Below are positions 49,229 to 60,871 of a stretch of 64,000 nucleotides of DNA, one piece after another; the stretch's first letter is position 1; each line of letters starts with the position of its first letter. Below the pieces are notes generated by a model. The model saw nothing but the letters and a program-made list of their open reading frames with translations, was not told where the DNA came from and did no database searches. Location of the stretch: assembly GCA_963715335.1 (NCBI GenBank), contig CAVQRZ010000009.1, forward strand, positions 32,001-96,000. The letters run 5' to 3'. A program made the position numbers and the translations under genes. This DNA comes from an uncultured delta proteobacterium (GTDB lineage: Bacteria; Desulfobacterota; Desulfuromonadia; Desulfuromonadales; BM103).

Positions 49229-49335
49229 TGACCATTATGTTGGTCAATATTGCATTAGCAGTAACCATTGTCAACACAATTGACCATTATAATAGCCTTT
49301 ATGCGGCCATATGGACAATATAATGGTCAATTGTG
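49229..49335. promoter_or_regulatory. Putative antitoxin operator array
   Basis: TGACCA-N6-TGGTCA at 49229-49246; 17-bp inverted repeat at 49275-49291 and 49319-49335. Confidence 0.65.
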
Positions 49336-49653
49336 CGTTTGGCGCTGCGCCCCCTGAACGCCTCAGCGGAAACTCAGGCCCTGAGGCTTGTCACCGTTTA
49401 GCCCCCACTCGCACAGGGTTTTACAATTACAAACGTCCATTTTAACAAGCATTTGTCTGCGTTTAATCCAAAAGGGTGTTTGCTTTGCAACGGCTATATC
49501 CCACCAGCTAAGCTTCGTTGACTGGCTATACACAAAGGGCCCAAGCTTTTTCACTTGGGCCCTTGCCAAATTTCCTGCGAAAATTGGCGATTCATATAAT
49601 TAAGACTGGAATCCCACCCTCTGCAAAGTCCCGCTTTGCGTAGAAACAGACAG

Positions 49654-50600
49654 CTATTCCCTTAATTTTGGCAGCATGCCGCTAAATCCTTGACCAATCA
49701 CCAGTCTTCCCAGCTTGAGAATCCCCCAGAGAAACAGCAACGGCAACGCAATCGTGCTCAAGACAAACACAACGATGAGATCAACCAGCCGGTCAACCAG
49801 TTCCAGGGCCGCTTTTTTGATCGCTTCAATCTTCACCTTGACGTCCAAGATTTTTTTACCTTGATCGAATAAATCGCCGATCACGGTTTTTTGGCGATCA
49901 AGCCAACCATTCTCTTTGGTCGGTTGATTGCCGCCCTGATTTTCCAAAGGTGTTGCCACCGATTCGTTGAATTCCTGGGCCTCCAGCTTTTTGACCGTTT
50001 CGCCCAAGACCTCCACCGACTGATCATGTCTATTTTCAAGAAACGCCACATAAACTTGTTGATTCAGATAAGACATGGCCGGAACGGCAAATCTCAACAA
50101 GATTGCCGAAAGCAAGTAGAACTCTGCCGAGTTGCGAGAAATCGTAGCGGATTTTCGCAGGAACCCATAAGCCAACCAGCAGAGACAACAGCGCCAGCAC
50201 CAAAACGATTTGCACACTCACAAAAGGTGTGATCTCAATCAGGACTTTCTGGATGCCAAGCGAGGTCAAGCTGGCCAGCATCACCCAGGAAAAGCGCTCA
50301 ACCAGATCATTTACCGGATCCAGGGCCTGGCCAAGCGCCAAAGAGACCCCGACACCGCCGGGCTCAAGCTGCAACTCGCTCTCCTGGAAGACCGAGACGA
50401 TGGCGTTGAAACTACGCGCCATGACAAAAGCGGCGGTCGCGCGCACCAAACCATCATCAACGTACTCTGTGGCTTTTTTATCAACCAGGCTGAAAACGGA
50501 TTTTTCGAAAAGCAGGTTTCTGGAGGTGGGAATAAAAATCAGCGTTAAAACGACCAGGATAATAATGGTCCAAACCGCTCTTTTTGTGATGAGATATCAC
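49654..50600 (-). pseudogene. Hypothetical membrane protein with apparent frameshifts (at the start and near 50100)
   Basis: GGAGG plus GTG at 50600 out of frame with the body; ORFs 50036..50449 and 49654..50217 join into one membrane protein. Confidence 0.6.
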
Positions 50601-50790
50601 TTTCGACCTCCCACTCAACCATGGGGCCTGAAATTCAGGGTGCCGTTTTCAATAACTCAGATATTCGACAAACAAAAACCGCTGCAAGCAGAGAGTCGAA
50701 CAGCGGTGCATAATCCGCAGAAAATGATTGCCTGGCAGAGGCTCGCCTGCGGCAACGACATTAACCGGTCTTCTGTGCCCCGCTTCGAAA

Positions 50791-51954
50791 TCAATCCTGA
50801 ATATAATCGAGCGTCGTCGTCCAGAAGGACAGCGCGTTGCGGGTCTTTTCGTAGATCCGGACGTTCATGATGGCGACGCCGGCAATTTCAGCGAGGGCCG
50901 AGAGGAAGGTGATCTCCTCCTGGCTGTACTGACGCACATCGGCGCTGTAGAGCCGCAGCACCCCCACCACCCTTTTTCGCGCGATGATCGGCATGGAGAG
51001 GATCGAAGCGATCCCTTCGGCAACCGTCTCTTTCGGGAACTCGAGTCGCGGATCGTTGGCGGTGTCGGTGATCAGCACCGGTCGTCCGGTCAGGGTCTCG
51101 CTGATGCTCTGATCGGTGTGCGGCTGCCCCTTGGCCAGGAACGTTTCGCTCAAGCCGGTAGTGGCGATCAGTTCCAGCTCGTGGGTGGTCTCGTTGCGCA
51201 GGCGCAAGGCCCCCGCCTTGACCTTCATGATGGCAACCGACTTGTCGACAATCAACTGGATGACTTCGTTCGAATCGAGCGTCGACAGAACCGCCCTGGT
51301 CACCTCGTGCAGGGTGCGGAAATACGCCAGGCTCCTGGCCGGGTCGATGGTCTTGACGACGGGGGTTACAAATTCCGAGACGAGCACCTCTTCGGCCAGG
51401 TGCATGTCGACACCGATCTCGTCGAAGAGCGCCGCGAGCTTATCGTCCTTGTCCTGATACTGACGGGCGTTGGCAATCGCCATGCCGCCCATCTCCGCCA
51501 GGGCCGAGACGAACTCGATGTCCTCTTCGTTGTAGTCGCGCTGCTCCGTACTGTAGAGTCGCAACACCCCGACCACCTTGTCGCCGACGATCACCGGCAC
51601 CGAGAGCACCGCAGCGATCCCCTCGGCGACCATCGCCTCGGGATACTCGATGCGCGGGTCACTGCCGGCGTCCCTGATGTAAACCGGTTTGCCGTCGAGC
51701 ACCTCGGGGATGCTCTGGTCGGCGTGCAGCGCGCCCTTGTTGAGGTAGCTGTCACTCAGTCCGTAAGCGGCGGCCTGCTTGAGGAGATTGCTCTGCTCGT
51801 CGATCAGGCGCAGCACGCCGCCTTTGACCTCGAGTGCGGCGACCGTGCCCTGCACCAGGGAATCGAGGGTCTTCTGCAAGTCGCGGGCGGAAATGATCGC
51901 CTGGGCGGTTTCAAAGAACAGGCGGAAATATTCGTTGGCATTTGCCTGGAGCAT
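50791..51954 (-). CDS. Tandem-GAF domain protein with no output domain
   Basis: Two homologous repeats ending VVGVLRLYS...FxSALAE. Confidence 0.85.
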   Translation of the reverse strand: MLQANANEYFRLFFETAQAIISARDLQKTLDSLVQGTVAALEVKGGVLRLIDEQSNLLKQAAAYGLSDSYLNKGALHADQSIPEVLDGKPVYIRDAGSDPRIEYPEAMVAEGIAAVLSVPVIVGDKVVGVLRLYSTEQRDYNEEDIEFVSALAEMGGMAIANARQYQDKDDKLAALFDEIGVDMHLAEEVLVSEFVTPVVKTIDPARSLAYFRTLHEVTRAVLSTLDSNEVIQLIVDKSVAIMKVKAGALRLRNETTHELELIATTGLSETFLAKGQPHTDQSISETLTGRPVLITDTANDPRLEFPKETVAEGIASILSMPIIARKRVVGVLRLYSADVRQYSQEEITFLSALAEIAGVAIMNVRIYEKTRNALSFWTTTLDYIQD

Positions 51955-52177
51955 GTCTCGGGCCCTCCTAAAGGGATACAGCGCAAGAACAGAAGATTAA
52001 ACTATAGCCGATAACCGGGAAAAATCGAAATGATAACGTCTGTGTTCTCCCTCGCGCCAATCTTTACATAAACTTTACCGTTCCATTAAACGGGCTTTAA
52101 ACAATTCCGCTATGCTCCTGGCCAGAGCAAGATCCAATCGGATCTGCAACGACTCAAACTAAAGAATGGAGGCCACA

Positions 52178-52930
52178 ATGAAAACCATGACGATCGCAAT
52201 CCTCAGTTTAACCCTGGTCATGCTCGGATTTCTGCAGGTGCAGAGTATGGCTATGGACGACACCATGACCAAGCCCGGCGACATGCAGATGAAGTCCGAC
52301 GGCAAGGAGATGAAGCCTGATGAGATGAAGGGCGACATGAAGATGGAAGCCGACGACATGAAGGGCGACATGGAGATGAAGCACGATGACATGAAAATGG
52401 AATCTGACGACATGAAGGACGACATGAAGATGAAGCACGACGATATGAAGAAAGACGAAAAGATCATGGAGGGAGACCCGATGAAAAAGAGCCAGGCCGT
52501 CATCCCGACCGATGCAGAGCTCCGCGATCGATTGACCCCGCTGCAGTACAAGGTCACCCGCAAGGACGGCACCGAGCCTCCGTTTAACAATACCTACTGG
52601 AACAACCACGAGGCGGGCATCTATGTCGACATCATCTCCGGAGCACCGCTGTTCAGCTCGACGGACAAGTATGAATCGGGGACGGGCTGGCCAAGTTTCA
52701 CCAGACCCTTGAATCCTGACGAAATCGTTGAGAGAGAGGATCGCAGCTTCTTTTCGGTGCGCACCGAAATCCGCAGCAAACAGGCCGATGCGCATCTTGG
52801 CCATCTGTTTACAGACGGCCCGGCCCCGACCGGCTTGCGCTACTGCATGAATTCGGCATCCTTGCGCTTCATTCCGAAGGACGCTCTGGAAAAAGCAGGC
52901 TACACAGAATACGTGGCGTTGTTTGAGTGA
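52178..52930 (+). CDS. msrB: Exported methionine-R-sulfoxide reductase with Met/Lys/Asp-rich N-terminal repeat
   Basis: [26 protein letters not shown]; signal peptide. Confidence 0.9.
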   Translation: MKTMTIAILSLTLVMLGFLQVQSMAMDDTMTKPGDMQMKSDGKEMKPDEMKGDMKMEADDMKGDMEMKHDDMKMESDDMKDDMKMKHDDMKKDEKIMEGDPMKKSQAVIPTDAELRDRLTPLQYKVTRKDGTEPPFNNTYWNNHEAGIYVDIISGAPLFSSTDKYESGTGWPSFTRPLNPDEIVEREDRSFFSVRTEIRSKQADAHLGHLFTDGPAPTGLRYCMNSASLRFIPKDALEKAGYTEYVALFE

Positions 52931-53041
52931 TAGACAAACATCGCCACCCGGCTAGATCGCCAGGAGCTTAAAGCTTACCGGGAATCGTCGACGCTGGGGC
53001 CGTCATATGCACCATGACAACGCCGAAAGACGATGGCGTGG

Positions 53042-53977
53042 TCACTGCCGGCGCAGTTTCAGGAGCCGGACAAAGGCCAGGTCGCGACTACGGATTTTGT
53101 CAGCAATGAACTCCTCGGTCGGGTAGATGTAGAAACCCTGTCCGGACTTGACGCCGAGGTGACCCTGCCGGTTAAGCTCCTTGATCACCTCGGGTGCCGA
53201 GCGCGCATCGTTAAGCTCTGGTGCCAGGTTGTTCATGACGCTCTGCCAGGTGTCCAACCCGCCGAAATCAGCCGTTTCCAGCGGGCCGATGGTCGACCAG
53301 CGGAATCCCGGCCCGCAGGTCATCGCCGTATCCACATCCTGCATGTCAGCGACGCCGCTTTGCACCAGGTGCAAAGCCTCGCGCAGCACTGCGGCCTGCA
53401 GGCGGTTGGCGATAAAGCCCGCCACCTCCTTCTTCAGGACCACCGGAACCTTGTTGATTTGACGCAGGAAAGCCAAAACATCGGAGAGCATTTGGCCTGG
53501 CGTCGCTTCAGCCTTGATCACTTCCACCAGCGGCACCAGATGGGCCGGGTTGAAAAAGTGGGTGATGATCATTCGCTCCGGCCTCGCCAAGTGCCTCGCC
53601 AGATCGGATAAAGGTAATGTCGAGGTGTTCGAGGTGATGATCGTGCTTTTGCTCGAGAGTTCCTCGATGCGGGCAAACACCTGCCATTTCAGTTCCAGGT
53701 TTTCAGGAACCGCCTCGGTGATGAACTCGGCCGAGGCGACAGCCTCCCCCAGACTTGCAGTGGCAACGATATTGTCGAGAATGTCCCGGCACCTGGATGC
53801 CGGACACAACCCCTCTTCTACCATCACTTCAAGATCGGCCCCGATGAGACCTTTGGCCATCTCCAGGGGTTTAATCTCAGTATCGAACAGGCGCACTTTG
53901 CAACCGTTCATGGCATACACAAGAGATATCCCGCGGCCCATGATACCGGCACCGATCACTGCTGTATTGTTAAACAT
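53042..53977 (-). CDS. 3-hydroxyacyl-CoA dehydrogenase family protein
   Basis: GAGIMG, EAVPENLELK, SNTS, HFFNP, GFIANRLQ. Confidence 0.9.
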   Translation of the reverse strand: MFNNTAVIGAGIMGRGISLVYAMNGCKVRLFDTEIKPLEMAKGLIGADLEVMVEEGLCPASRCRDILDNIVATASLGEAVASAEFITEAVPENLELKWQVFARIEELSSKSTIITSNTSTLPLSDLARHLARPERMIITHFFNPAHLVPLVEVIKAEATPGQMLSDVLAFLRQINKVPVVLKKEVAGFIANRLQAAVLREALHLVQSGVADMQDVDTAMTCGPGFRWSTIGPLETADFGGLDTWQSVMNNLAPELNDARSAPEVIKELNRQGHLGVKSGQGFYIYPTEEFIADKIRSRDLAFVRLLKLRRQ

Positions 53978-54482
53978 CACACATTCCTCCAGATAACCGG
54001 ACAACGCACTACAGGGTTGCCGCCCCTTCGAAAGCAGGGCTTTGACCACACCTTGCATGCATCACACATTGCTCAAAGCATTAAGGAGGTTACACAAAAA
54101 ACCAAGAACAAACAATATTTTAAAATACATGTAAATTGCCATGAAAATGATTTCATATAATCTGCTGTGTGTAAATCCCCACGGGTTTCCAAACAAAAAA
54201 CAGTAATTATATTTTCAACAGTTATTTCATTATGTTGTAATACTATTAATCCGCCATATTTGCGTTTGACTTACATTCTTTGGTGTTGTAGAACAGTGTT
54301 TCACGTCTTCGTGCTTTGGTGATAAAACCACTCACATCTGGCATAGCCATGGTACGGCACGTCAGCAAACAGAACGCAATCCGTCACAACGCGAACCTCT
54401 CCAAGCTACTCAAAGAAGAATTGGAGGGTATACTTGACGGCGTAAACTTTCAGTGCACGGCCAAAGAGAAACAACGACAAGC

Positions 54483-55238
54483 ATGAATACAGAGTACATC
54501 ATCGAAACGCGCAGTCTGACCAAGGAGTTCTCAGGATTCATCGCCGTGAGAGGTGTCAATCTCAAGGTTCGCCAAGGCACAATACACGCCATGATTGGCC
54601 CCAACGGCGCAGGCAAGACCACAGTCTTCAACCTTCTGACCAAATTTCTCGAGCCCAGTTCCGGGCAGATTTTCTACAAAAACAAAAACGTCACAGGCAG
54701 AAACTCCGCGGCCCTGGCGCGCCGAGGCCTGGTGCGCTCTTTCCAGATCTCAGCAGTTTTCCCTCACCTGAGCGTGTTGGAAAACGTCAGGGTCGCTCTG
54801 CAGAGAGAGACCGGAACATCCTTTCACTTCTGGAAATCTGACCATAGCCTGAACAACCTCAACGCCCAGGCAATGGAGGCGCTTGAAGAGGTCGACCTCG
54901 CGGATTACGCGAAAACCATCGCGGTGGAGCTCCCATACGGCCGTAAACGCGCTCTGGAACTGGCCACCACCCTTGCCCTCAAACCTGAGGTAATGCTGCT
55001 CGACGAGCCCACATCGGGGATGGGTCATGAAGATGTGGGAAAGGTCATGGAGCTGATTCGCAAGGCGGCGGCAAATCGCACGGTCCTCATGGTCGAACAC
55101 AACCTCAAGGTTGTGGCAGACCTTTCGGACACCATCACGGTGCTGCAGAGAGGCCAGATTCTGGCCGAGGGGAGCTACGCGGAGGTCTCGGAAAACCCGG
55201 CCGTCCTCGAGGCTTATGTTGGAGGCCAACATGCATGA
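54483..55238 (+). CDS. livG: Branched-chain amino acid ABC ATPase
   Basis: GPNGAGKT, LPYG, DEPT, EAYVG. Confidence 0.88.
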   Translation: MNTEYIIETRSLTKEFSGFIAVRGVNLKVRQGTIHAMIGPNGAGKTTVFNLLTKFLEPSSGQIFYKNKNVTGRNSAALARRGLVRSFQISAVFPHLSVLENVRVALQRETGTSFHFWKSDHSLNNLNAQAMEALEEVDLADYAKTIAVELPYGRKRALELATTLALKPEVMLLDEPTSGMGHEDVGKVMELIRKAAANRTVLMVEHNLKVVADLSDTITVLQRGQILAEGSYAEVSENPAVLEAYVGGQHA

Positions 55239-55944
55239 TGTTCCCAACGAAATCCTGCGTGTTGTCGACCTGCACGCTTTTTACGGCGAATCCCACGTGC
55301 TCCACGGTATCGACTTCAACGTCGGCGAGGGAGAGCTGGTCACCCTGCTCGGAAGGAACGGCGCCGGCCGCACCAGCACCCTCAAGTCAATCATCGGGCT
55401 GATCTCCAAGCGTTCCGGTTCGGTGATGATCAACGGGCACGAAGCGATCAGCCTGCCGCCCTACAAAATCGCCCCTCTCGGGATCGGCTACTGCCCTGAA
55501 GAGCGCGGCATTTTCGCCGGGTTGACCACGGAAGAGAACCTGCTTCTGCCGCCAGTGCTGCATAGCGGCGGCATGGAACTGGAAGAAATCTACACCATGT
55601 TCCCCAACCTCAAGGAACGTCGATCAGCTCAAGGAACACGGCTCTCAGGTGGCGAACAGCAGATGCTGGCACTGGCCCGCATCCTGCGTACCGGGGCCCG
55701 CCTGCTGCTGCTCGACGAGATCACCGAGGGCCTGGCCCCGGTCATTGTCGAAGCCATGGGCAATGTTATCTCAATGCTCAAGGAACGTGGCTATACCATT
55801 GTCCTGGTCGAACAGAACTTTCATTTCGCCAAAGGCCTGGCAGATCGTCACTACGTACTCGAACACGGTCGCATCGTGAAGATGATTATGAATCATGAAC
55901 TAGAAGCCAATCTCGATGAGCTGCATGAACTTTTGGGCGTGTAA
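55231..55944 (+). CDS. livF: Branched-chain amino acid ABC ATPase
   Basis: GRNGAGRT, LSGGEQQML, VEQN. Confidence 0.88.
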   Translation: MHDVPNEILRVVDLHAFYGESHVLHGIDFNVGEGELVTLLGRNGAGRTSTLKSIIGLISKRSGSVMINGHEAISLPPYKIAPLGIGYCPEERGIFAGLTTEENLLLPPVLHSGGMELEEIYTMFPNLKERRSAQGTRLSGGEQQMLALARILRTGARLLLLDEITEGLAPVIVEAMGNVISMLKERGYTIVLVEQNFHFAKGLADRHYVLEHGRIVKMIMNHELEANLDELHELLGV

Positions 55945-55973
55945 CACGCCCAAATCAACCAAGGAGAAAGAAC

Positions 55974-57191
55974 ATGAAAAAGAAACTATTTTTATCGGCA
56001 TTTGGCACCGGACTTGCCCTGGTCGTGGCAGTTTCCTTAGCATCAGCGGCCGGTCTAACTGACGGTGTGCTCAAGGTCGGCGTCATGACCGACATGTCCG
56101 GGGCCTACTCGGACCTCAGTGGCCCGGGCTCGGCGCTTGCAGCGCAGATGGCTATCGAGGACTACGGCGGCAAAGTACTCGGCAAGAAAATCGAGTTTGT
56201 TTCAGCCGACCACCAGAACAAAGCCGACATTGCTGCCAACAAGGCCCGTGAATGGTTCGACTCTAATCAGGTCGACGTCATAGCCGACCTGTCAACATCG
56301 TCCACGGCACTGGCCGTTATGGAGATTGCCAACCAGAAAAACAAGGTCACGCTGATTTCGACCGGCGGCTCGACCAAGATCACCAACGACAACTGCATCG
56401 CCACCAATGTCCACTGGACTTATGACACCTACGCACTGGCCGTCGGCACAGGCAAAGCGGTCGTCGCCAACGGCGGCGACACCTGGTTTTTCATTACCGC
56501 TGACTACGCCTTTGGCCATTCGCTCGAAGGTGACACGGCCAACGTCGTTACCGCCAGCGGCGGCAAAGTGTTAGGCAAGGTGCGTGCTCCTTTCCCGAAC
56601 ACAGACTTCTCCTCCTTCCTGCTGCAGGCCCAAGCCAGCGGCGCCAAGATTATTGGCCTGGCCAACGCCGGCGCCGACACCATCAATGCCATCAAGCAGG
56701 CCAAGGAATTCGGCATTACAGAGAACCAGACCCTTGCCGGCCTGCTGATCTTCATCACCGACATCAACAGCCTCGGCCTCGAAACCGCCCAAGGGATGAT
56801 GTTGACCACCGGCTTCTACTGGGATCGTGATGACGAAACCCGAGCCTGGTCCAAACGCTTCGAGGCGCGTCACAAGAGCATGCCGACCATGAGCCAGGCG
56901 GGCGTCTACTCTTCACTGATGCACTACTTCAAGGCGGTCGATAAAGCCGGCACAGACGAAGCTCTGGCGGTCATGGCAGCCATGAAGTCGTTACCGATCA
57001 ACGACATGTTCGCCAAGAACGGCTACATCCGTGACGACGGCCGCATGGTGCACGACATGTACCTGGTGCAGGTTAAGAAACCTTCTGAGTCCAAGGGCCC
57101 CTGGGATTACTATAAAGTTTTGCGGACCATCCCCGGCGATGAGGCTTACATATCGCCTGAGAATAGCACCTGTAAATTGCTGAAGAAGTAA
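55974..57191 (+). CDS. LivK-like ABC substrate-binding protein
   Basis: Signal peptide, ADHQNKAD, ADYAFG, DGRMVHDMY. Confidence 0.88.
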   Translation: MKKKLFLSAFGTGLALVVAVSLASAAGLTDGVLKVGVMTDMSGAYSDLSGPGSALAAQMAIEDYGGKVLGKKIEFVSADHQNKADIAANKAREWFDSNQVDVIADLSTSSTALAVMEIANQKNKVTLISTGGSTKITNDNCIATNVHWTYDTYALAVGTGKAVVANGGDTWFFITADYAFGHSLEGDTANVVTASGGKVLGKVRAPFPNTDFSSFLLQAQASGAKIIGLANAGADTINAIKQAKEFGITENQTLAGLLIFITDINSLGLETAQGMMLTTGFYWDRDDETRAWSKRFEARHKSMPTMSQAGVYSSLMHYFKAVDKAGTDEALAVMAAMKSLPINDMFAKNGYIRDDGRMVHDMYLVQVKKPSESKGPWDYYKVLRTIPGDEAYISPENSTCKLLKK

Positions 57192-57225
57192 GCCAGGGAG
57201 TGGTAGCGAGCACAAAGGGTATTTT

Positions 57226-58116
57226 ATGATGATTCAGGTTTTCGGCATTCCGATCCAAGCCCTGCTGGGGCAGCTGCTTATCGGGCTTATCAATGGGTCA
57301 TTCTATGCAATCCTCAGCCTGGGGCTCGCCATCATTTTCGGCCTTCTCAATGTCATCAACTTCACGCACGGTGCCCAGTACATGCTGGGAGCCTTTCTCG
57401 CATGGATGAGCCTCACCTACTTCGGTGTTAACTACTGGGTGGGGCTCATCCTCGTACCCCTCGCCGTCGGAGCTTTCGGCATCCTCATGGAGCGCCTCAT
57501 GCTGAGGCGCCTCTATCACCTCGACCACCTCTACGGTCTGCTGCTGACTTTTGGCCTGGCCCTGATCCTCGAAGGCCTCTTTCGTCAACTATACGGCGTC
57601 TCCGGTCTCTCCTACCCGATCCCGGATATTTTTCAGGGCGGGGTCAACCTCGGCTTCATGTTTCTCCCCTACTACCGAGCCTGGGTCATCGTCGCGTCGC
57701 TGTCGGTGTGCTTTGCCACCTGGTACGTCATCGAACGCACCAAACTCGGATCCTACCTGCGTGCCGCGACGGAGAACCCGGAACTACTTCAGGCATTCGG
57801 CGTCAATGTGCCGTTCATGATCACACTCACTTTCGGCTACGGGGTCGCCCTGGCCGGGTTTGCAGGGGTGCTGGCCGCTCCCATTTACCAAGTGACTCCG
57901 GTAATGGGCTCCAACCTGATCATCGTCGTGTTCGCGGTGGTGGTTATCGGCGGCATGGGTTCGATTTTCGGTTCCATCGTCACCGGTATCAGCCTGGGAC
58001 TTCTCGAAGGTCTGACCAAGGTCTTCTATCCCGAAGCTTCCGGCATCGTGGTTTTCGTCATCATGGCGCTGGTTCTTCTCATCCGCCCGGCCGGCCTGTT
58101 CGGGAGAGAGAAATGA
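57226..58116 (+). CDS. livH: Branched-chain amino acid ABC permease
   Basis: INFTHG, VVVIGGMGS, RPAGLFG. Confidence 0.88.
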   Translation: MMIQVFGIPIQALLGQLLIGLINGSFYAILSLGLAIIFGLLNVINFTHGAQYMLGAFLAWMSLTYFGVNYWVGLILVPLAVGAFGILMERLMLRRLYHLDHLYGLLLTFGLALILEGLFRQLYGVSGLSYPIPDIFQGGVNLGFMFLPYYRAWVIVASLSVCFATWYVIERTKLGSYLRAATENPELLQAFGVNVPFMITLTFGYGVALAGFAGVLAAPIYQVTPVMGSNLIIVVFAVVVIGGMGSIFGSIVTGISLGLLEGLTKVFYPEASGIVVFVIMALVLLIRPAGLFGREK

Positions 58117-59066
58117 TCCTGAAAGGCAAAATCAATCGCCCATTGATCGGCGCGACAGTAATGCTTGCAATCCTGCTGATCGCTCCTCAACTGGTCTACC
58201 CGGTGTTCCTCATGAAGGTGCTCTGTTTCGCGCTGTTCGCCTGCGCCTTCAACCTGCTGCTCGGCTACGTCGGCTTGCTCTCCTTTGGACACGCGGCGTT
58301 CTTCGGTTCAGCCAGCTACATCACCGCCTACTCGGTGAAAGCCTTAAATTTCAGTCCTGTCATAGGCATCCTGCTCGGTGTCGCAGTGTCATCCCTGCTC
58401 GGGCTCGTCATCGGTTGGCTGGCGATTCGCCGCTCCGGCATCTATTTCGCCATGATCACGCTCGGCTTTGCCCAGGTGGTGTACTTTCTCAGCCTGCAGC
58501 TGCAATTCACCGGCGGCGAGGACGGCATTCAGGGTGTGCCGCGCGGCACGCTGGTCGGTCTGATTGATCTCAAAGACACCATGTCAATGTACTACTTCGT
58601 CCTGGTAATCTTCCTCTGCGGTTTCTGGCTGATTTACCGGACGATCAACTCGCCTTTCGGCCAAGTTCTCAAGGCAATCCGCGAGAACGAGCCGCGCGCC
58701 AGATCCCTCGGCTACGATACCGACAAGTACAAACTCATGGCATTCGTCATCTCGGCTGCCCTAAGCGGCATGGCCGGAGGCACCAAGTCACTCGTCTTTC
58801 AGCTCGCATCGCTCACCGATGTCAGCTGGCACATGTCGGGCGAGGTGGTCCTGATGACACTCCTGGGCGGCATGGGTACAGTGCTCGGACCGGCGGTCGG
58901 CGCCCTGCTGGTCGTGACCCTGAATAATTATCTGGCCGGCTTCGGCTCTTGGGTCACCATCATTATCGGTGTGATCTTCGTGTCCTGCGTGCTGGCCTTT
59001 CGCAAGGGGATCGTCGGCGAAATTTTGGAAAAGTTCAGAAGCTGGGACTCAAAAGACTCGGGATGA
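58113..59066 (+). CDS. livM: Branched-chain amino acid ABC permease
   Basis: GLLSFGHAAFFG, YFAMITL, TGGEDG, AIRENE; ATGA overlap with livH. Confidence 0.88.
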   Translation: MILKGKINRPLIGATVMLAILLIAPQLVYPVFLMKVLCFALFACAFNLLLGYVGLLSFGHAAFFGSASYITAYSVKALNFSPVIGILLGVAVSSLLGLVIGWLAIRRSGIYFAMITLGFAQVVYFLSLQLQFTGGEDGIQGVPRGTLVGLIDLKDTMSMYYFVLVIFLCGFWLIYRTINSPFGQVLKAIRENEPRARSLGYDTDKYKLMAFVISAALSGMAGGTKSLVFQLASLTDVSWHMSGEVVLMTLLGGMGTVLGPAVGALLVVTLNNYLAGFGSWVTIIIGVIFVSCVLAFRKGIVGEILEKFRSWDSKDSG

Positions 59067-59150
59067 TCTTGCCGAAATCGGAATCGGGGGACATAATACC
59101 TATTCTAATGTTTAATCTCTTCCTCAACCCCCATCCAACACCCCCAACCC

Positions 59151-59900
59151 CTAATCCTCCCCCTTCTCCTTCCCCCCCGCCTTCGGCGCATGGGCCAAAA
59201 TCCGGTCCGCCAGACGGCTGAACGGCAAACTCTGGATCCAGACCCGGCCATGGCCGCTCAAAGTCGCCAGGAACAGGCCTTCGCCACCGAAGAACATACT
59301 CTTCAGGTTGCCGGCCCGCTCGATGCTGTAGTCGATGCTCGACTCGAAGGCGACCAGGCAGCCGGTGTCGACGCGCAGCGTTTCGCCCTGCATCTGCCGC
59401 TCGACGATGGTGCCGCTGGCGTGGACGAAGACCACGCCGTCGCCCTGCAGGCGCTGCAGGATAAACCCCTCGCCGCCGAAGAAGCCGGCGCCGAGCCGGC
59501 GCTGGAAGGCGATGCCGACCCGGGTGCCGGAGGCGGCACAGAGGAAGGCGTCTTTCTGGCAGAGGATCTCGCCGCCCAGCTTGCCCAGGTCCATCGGGAT
59601 GATCTTGCCGGGATAGGGCGCGGCGAAGGCGACATGGCGCTTGACGCCGCCCCGGTTGCTGAAGTGGGTCATAAAGATCGACTCGCCGGTCAGGGCGCGC
59701 TTGCCGGCGCCGAACAGCTTGCCCATCAGGCCGGACTCGGCCTCGGAGCCGTCGCCCATGCGGGCCTCGAAGACGATGTCGGGCTCCATGTAGTTCATCG
59801 CCCCGGCCTCGGCGATCACCGTCTCGCCGGGATCGAGCTCGACCTGGACCATCTGCATATCGTCGCCGATGATGGTGTAATCAACTTCGTGACATTTCAT
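59151..59900 (-). CDS. TIGR00266/AIM24 family protein
   Basis: AEAGAM, TGES, FFGGEGF, VDTGC. Confidence 0.88.
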   Translation of the reverse strand: MKCHEVDYTIIGDDMQMVQVELDPGETVIAEAGAMNYMEPDIVFEARMGDGSEAESGLMGKLFGAGKRALTGESIFMTHFSNRGGVKRHVAFAAPYPGKIIPMDLGKLGGEILCQKDAFLCAASGTRVGIAFQRRLGAGFFGGEGFILQRLQGDGVVFVHASGTIVERQMQGETLRVDTGCLVAFESSIDYSIERAGNLKSMFFGGEGLFLATLSGHGRVWIQSLPFSRLADRILAHAPKAGGKEKGED

Positions 59901-59979
59901 GATTCAACCTCCGTGGCACTAGCGCGAGGTGCGAGGCGTGAGGCGCGAAAAAACTCTGCGCTCCTGCGCTACGCAACAT

Positions 59980-60174
59980 TTACCCTTTGGCGACCAGGAA
60001 CACCCCCGCCACCCCGCAAGCCGCGCCGCCAATATACCGATACATCACCTCATCGGGCAGCGAACCGGAAATCGTCGCCGTCAACTGCGCGGTCAAGGTC
60101 TCTGAAATCTGGTAACCCCAGTAGGCGAGGCCGACGCCGATGACGACCAGGGCCAGGCCGAGAGCTTTGTTCAT
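59980..60174 (-). CDS. Small two-TM protein (DUF3185-like)
   Basis: 64 aa, two hydrophobic helices. Confidence 0.65.
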   Translation of the reverse strand: MNKALGLALVVIGVGLAYWGYQISETLTAQLTATISGSLPDEVMYRYIGGAACGVAGVFLVAKG

Positions 60175-60268
60175 TTATGTAAACCTTTCTTGGTTCGTAG
60201 ACATTTCAACACCTGAGGCGCGAGGTGCGAAGCGCGAAACATCACTTCCCACTTCCCACTTCCCACTT

Positions 60269-60766
60269 TTATTCAATCGTGATCCCGGCTTCTTTCAACC
60301 GGACCTTGAGCCGTTCAAGCAGCGCCTGCTCGAAATTCTCATTCCACAAGCGCACAAACTGCTGGCCTTCAGCGGCAATCTGGCCGCTGACCCGGATCGA
60401 CTTGCGGGCGACCTCGGTCTGGTAAAAAGACAACAGCTGGTGGATCTCGTCGGCCGTATAGTAGCGCCGGAAGATCGGCACCAGGGAGTCGAGCAGGCGC
60501 TGGTGCTCCTGGTCGGCGAGGGCCTGGAGCTCCTCCTCAATCAGCTTGGCGGCGTCCTCGGCCGACACCTTTTGCGCGGTCAGCACCGCGCCGAGCTGGT
60601 TGACGTAGTTATCCTGGATATTGGTCATGATCCGGTCGGTCAGGCTCAGCCGCACCAGCTGCTCCGCCTCGCGAACCTGCTCCGCCTCGTCGGTCGGCAC
60701 CGCTGCGGCGGCGAAAACATTGACGGACAGCATGGTGGCAAACAGTAAAATAATCAGAAAACGCAT
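60269..60766 (-). CDS. DUF2059-like secreted protein
   Basis: Signal peptide; YYTADEIHQLLSFYQT. Confidence 0.75.
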   Translation of the reverse strand: MRFLIILLFATMLSVNVFAAAAVPTDEAEQVREAEQLVRLSLTDRIMTNIQDNYVNQLGAVLTAQKVSAEDAAKLIEEELQALADQEHQRLLDSLVPIFRRYYTADEIHQLLSFYQTEVARKSIRVSGQIAAEGQQFVRLWNENFEQALLERLKVRLKEAGITIE

Positions 60767-60871
60767 AGGGTTGGTCCTTTCTACAGTTTATTATTCGAGG
60801 TGCGAGGTGCGAGGTGCGAAGCGTGAAATATCACTTCTCACTTCCCGCTTCGCGTCTCCCACTTCCTGTTT

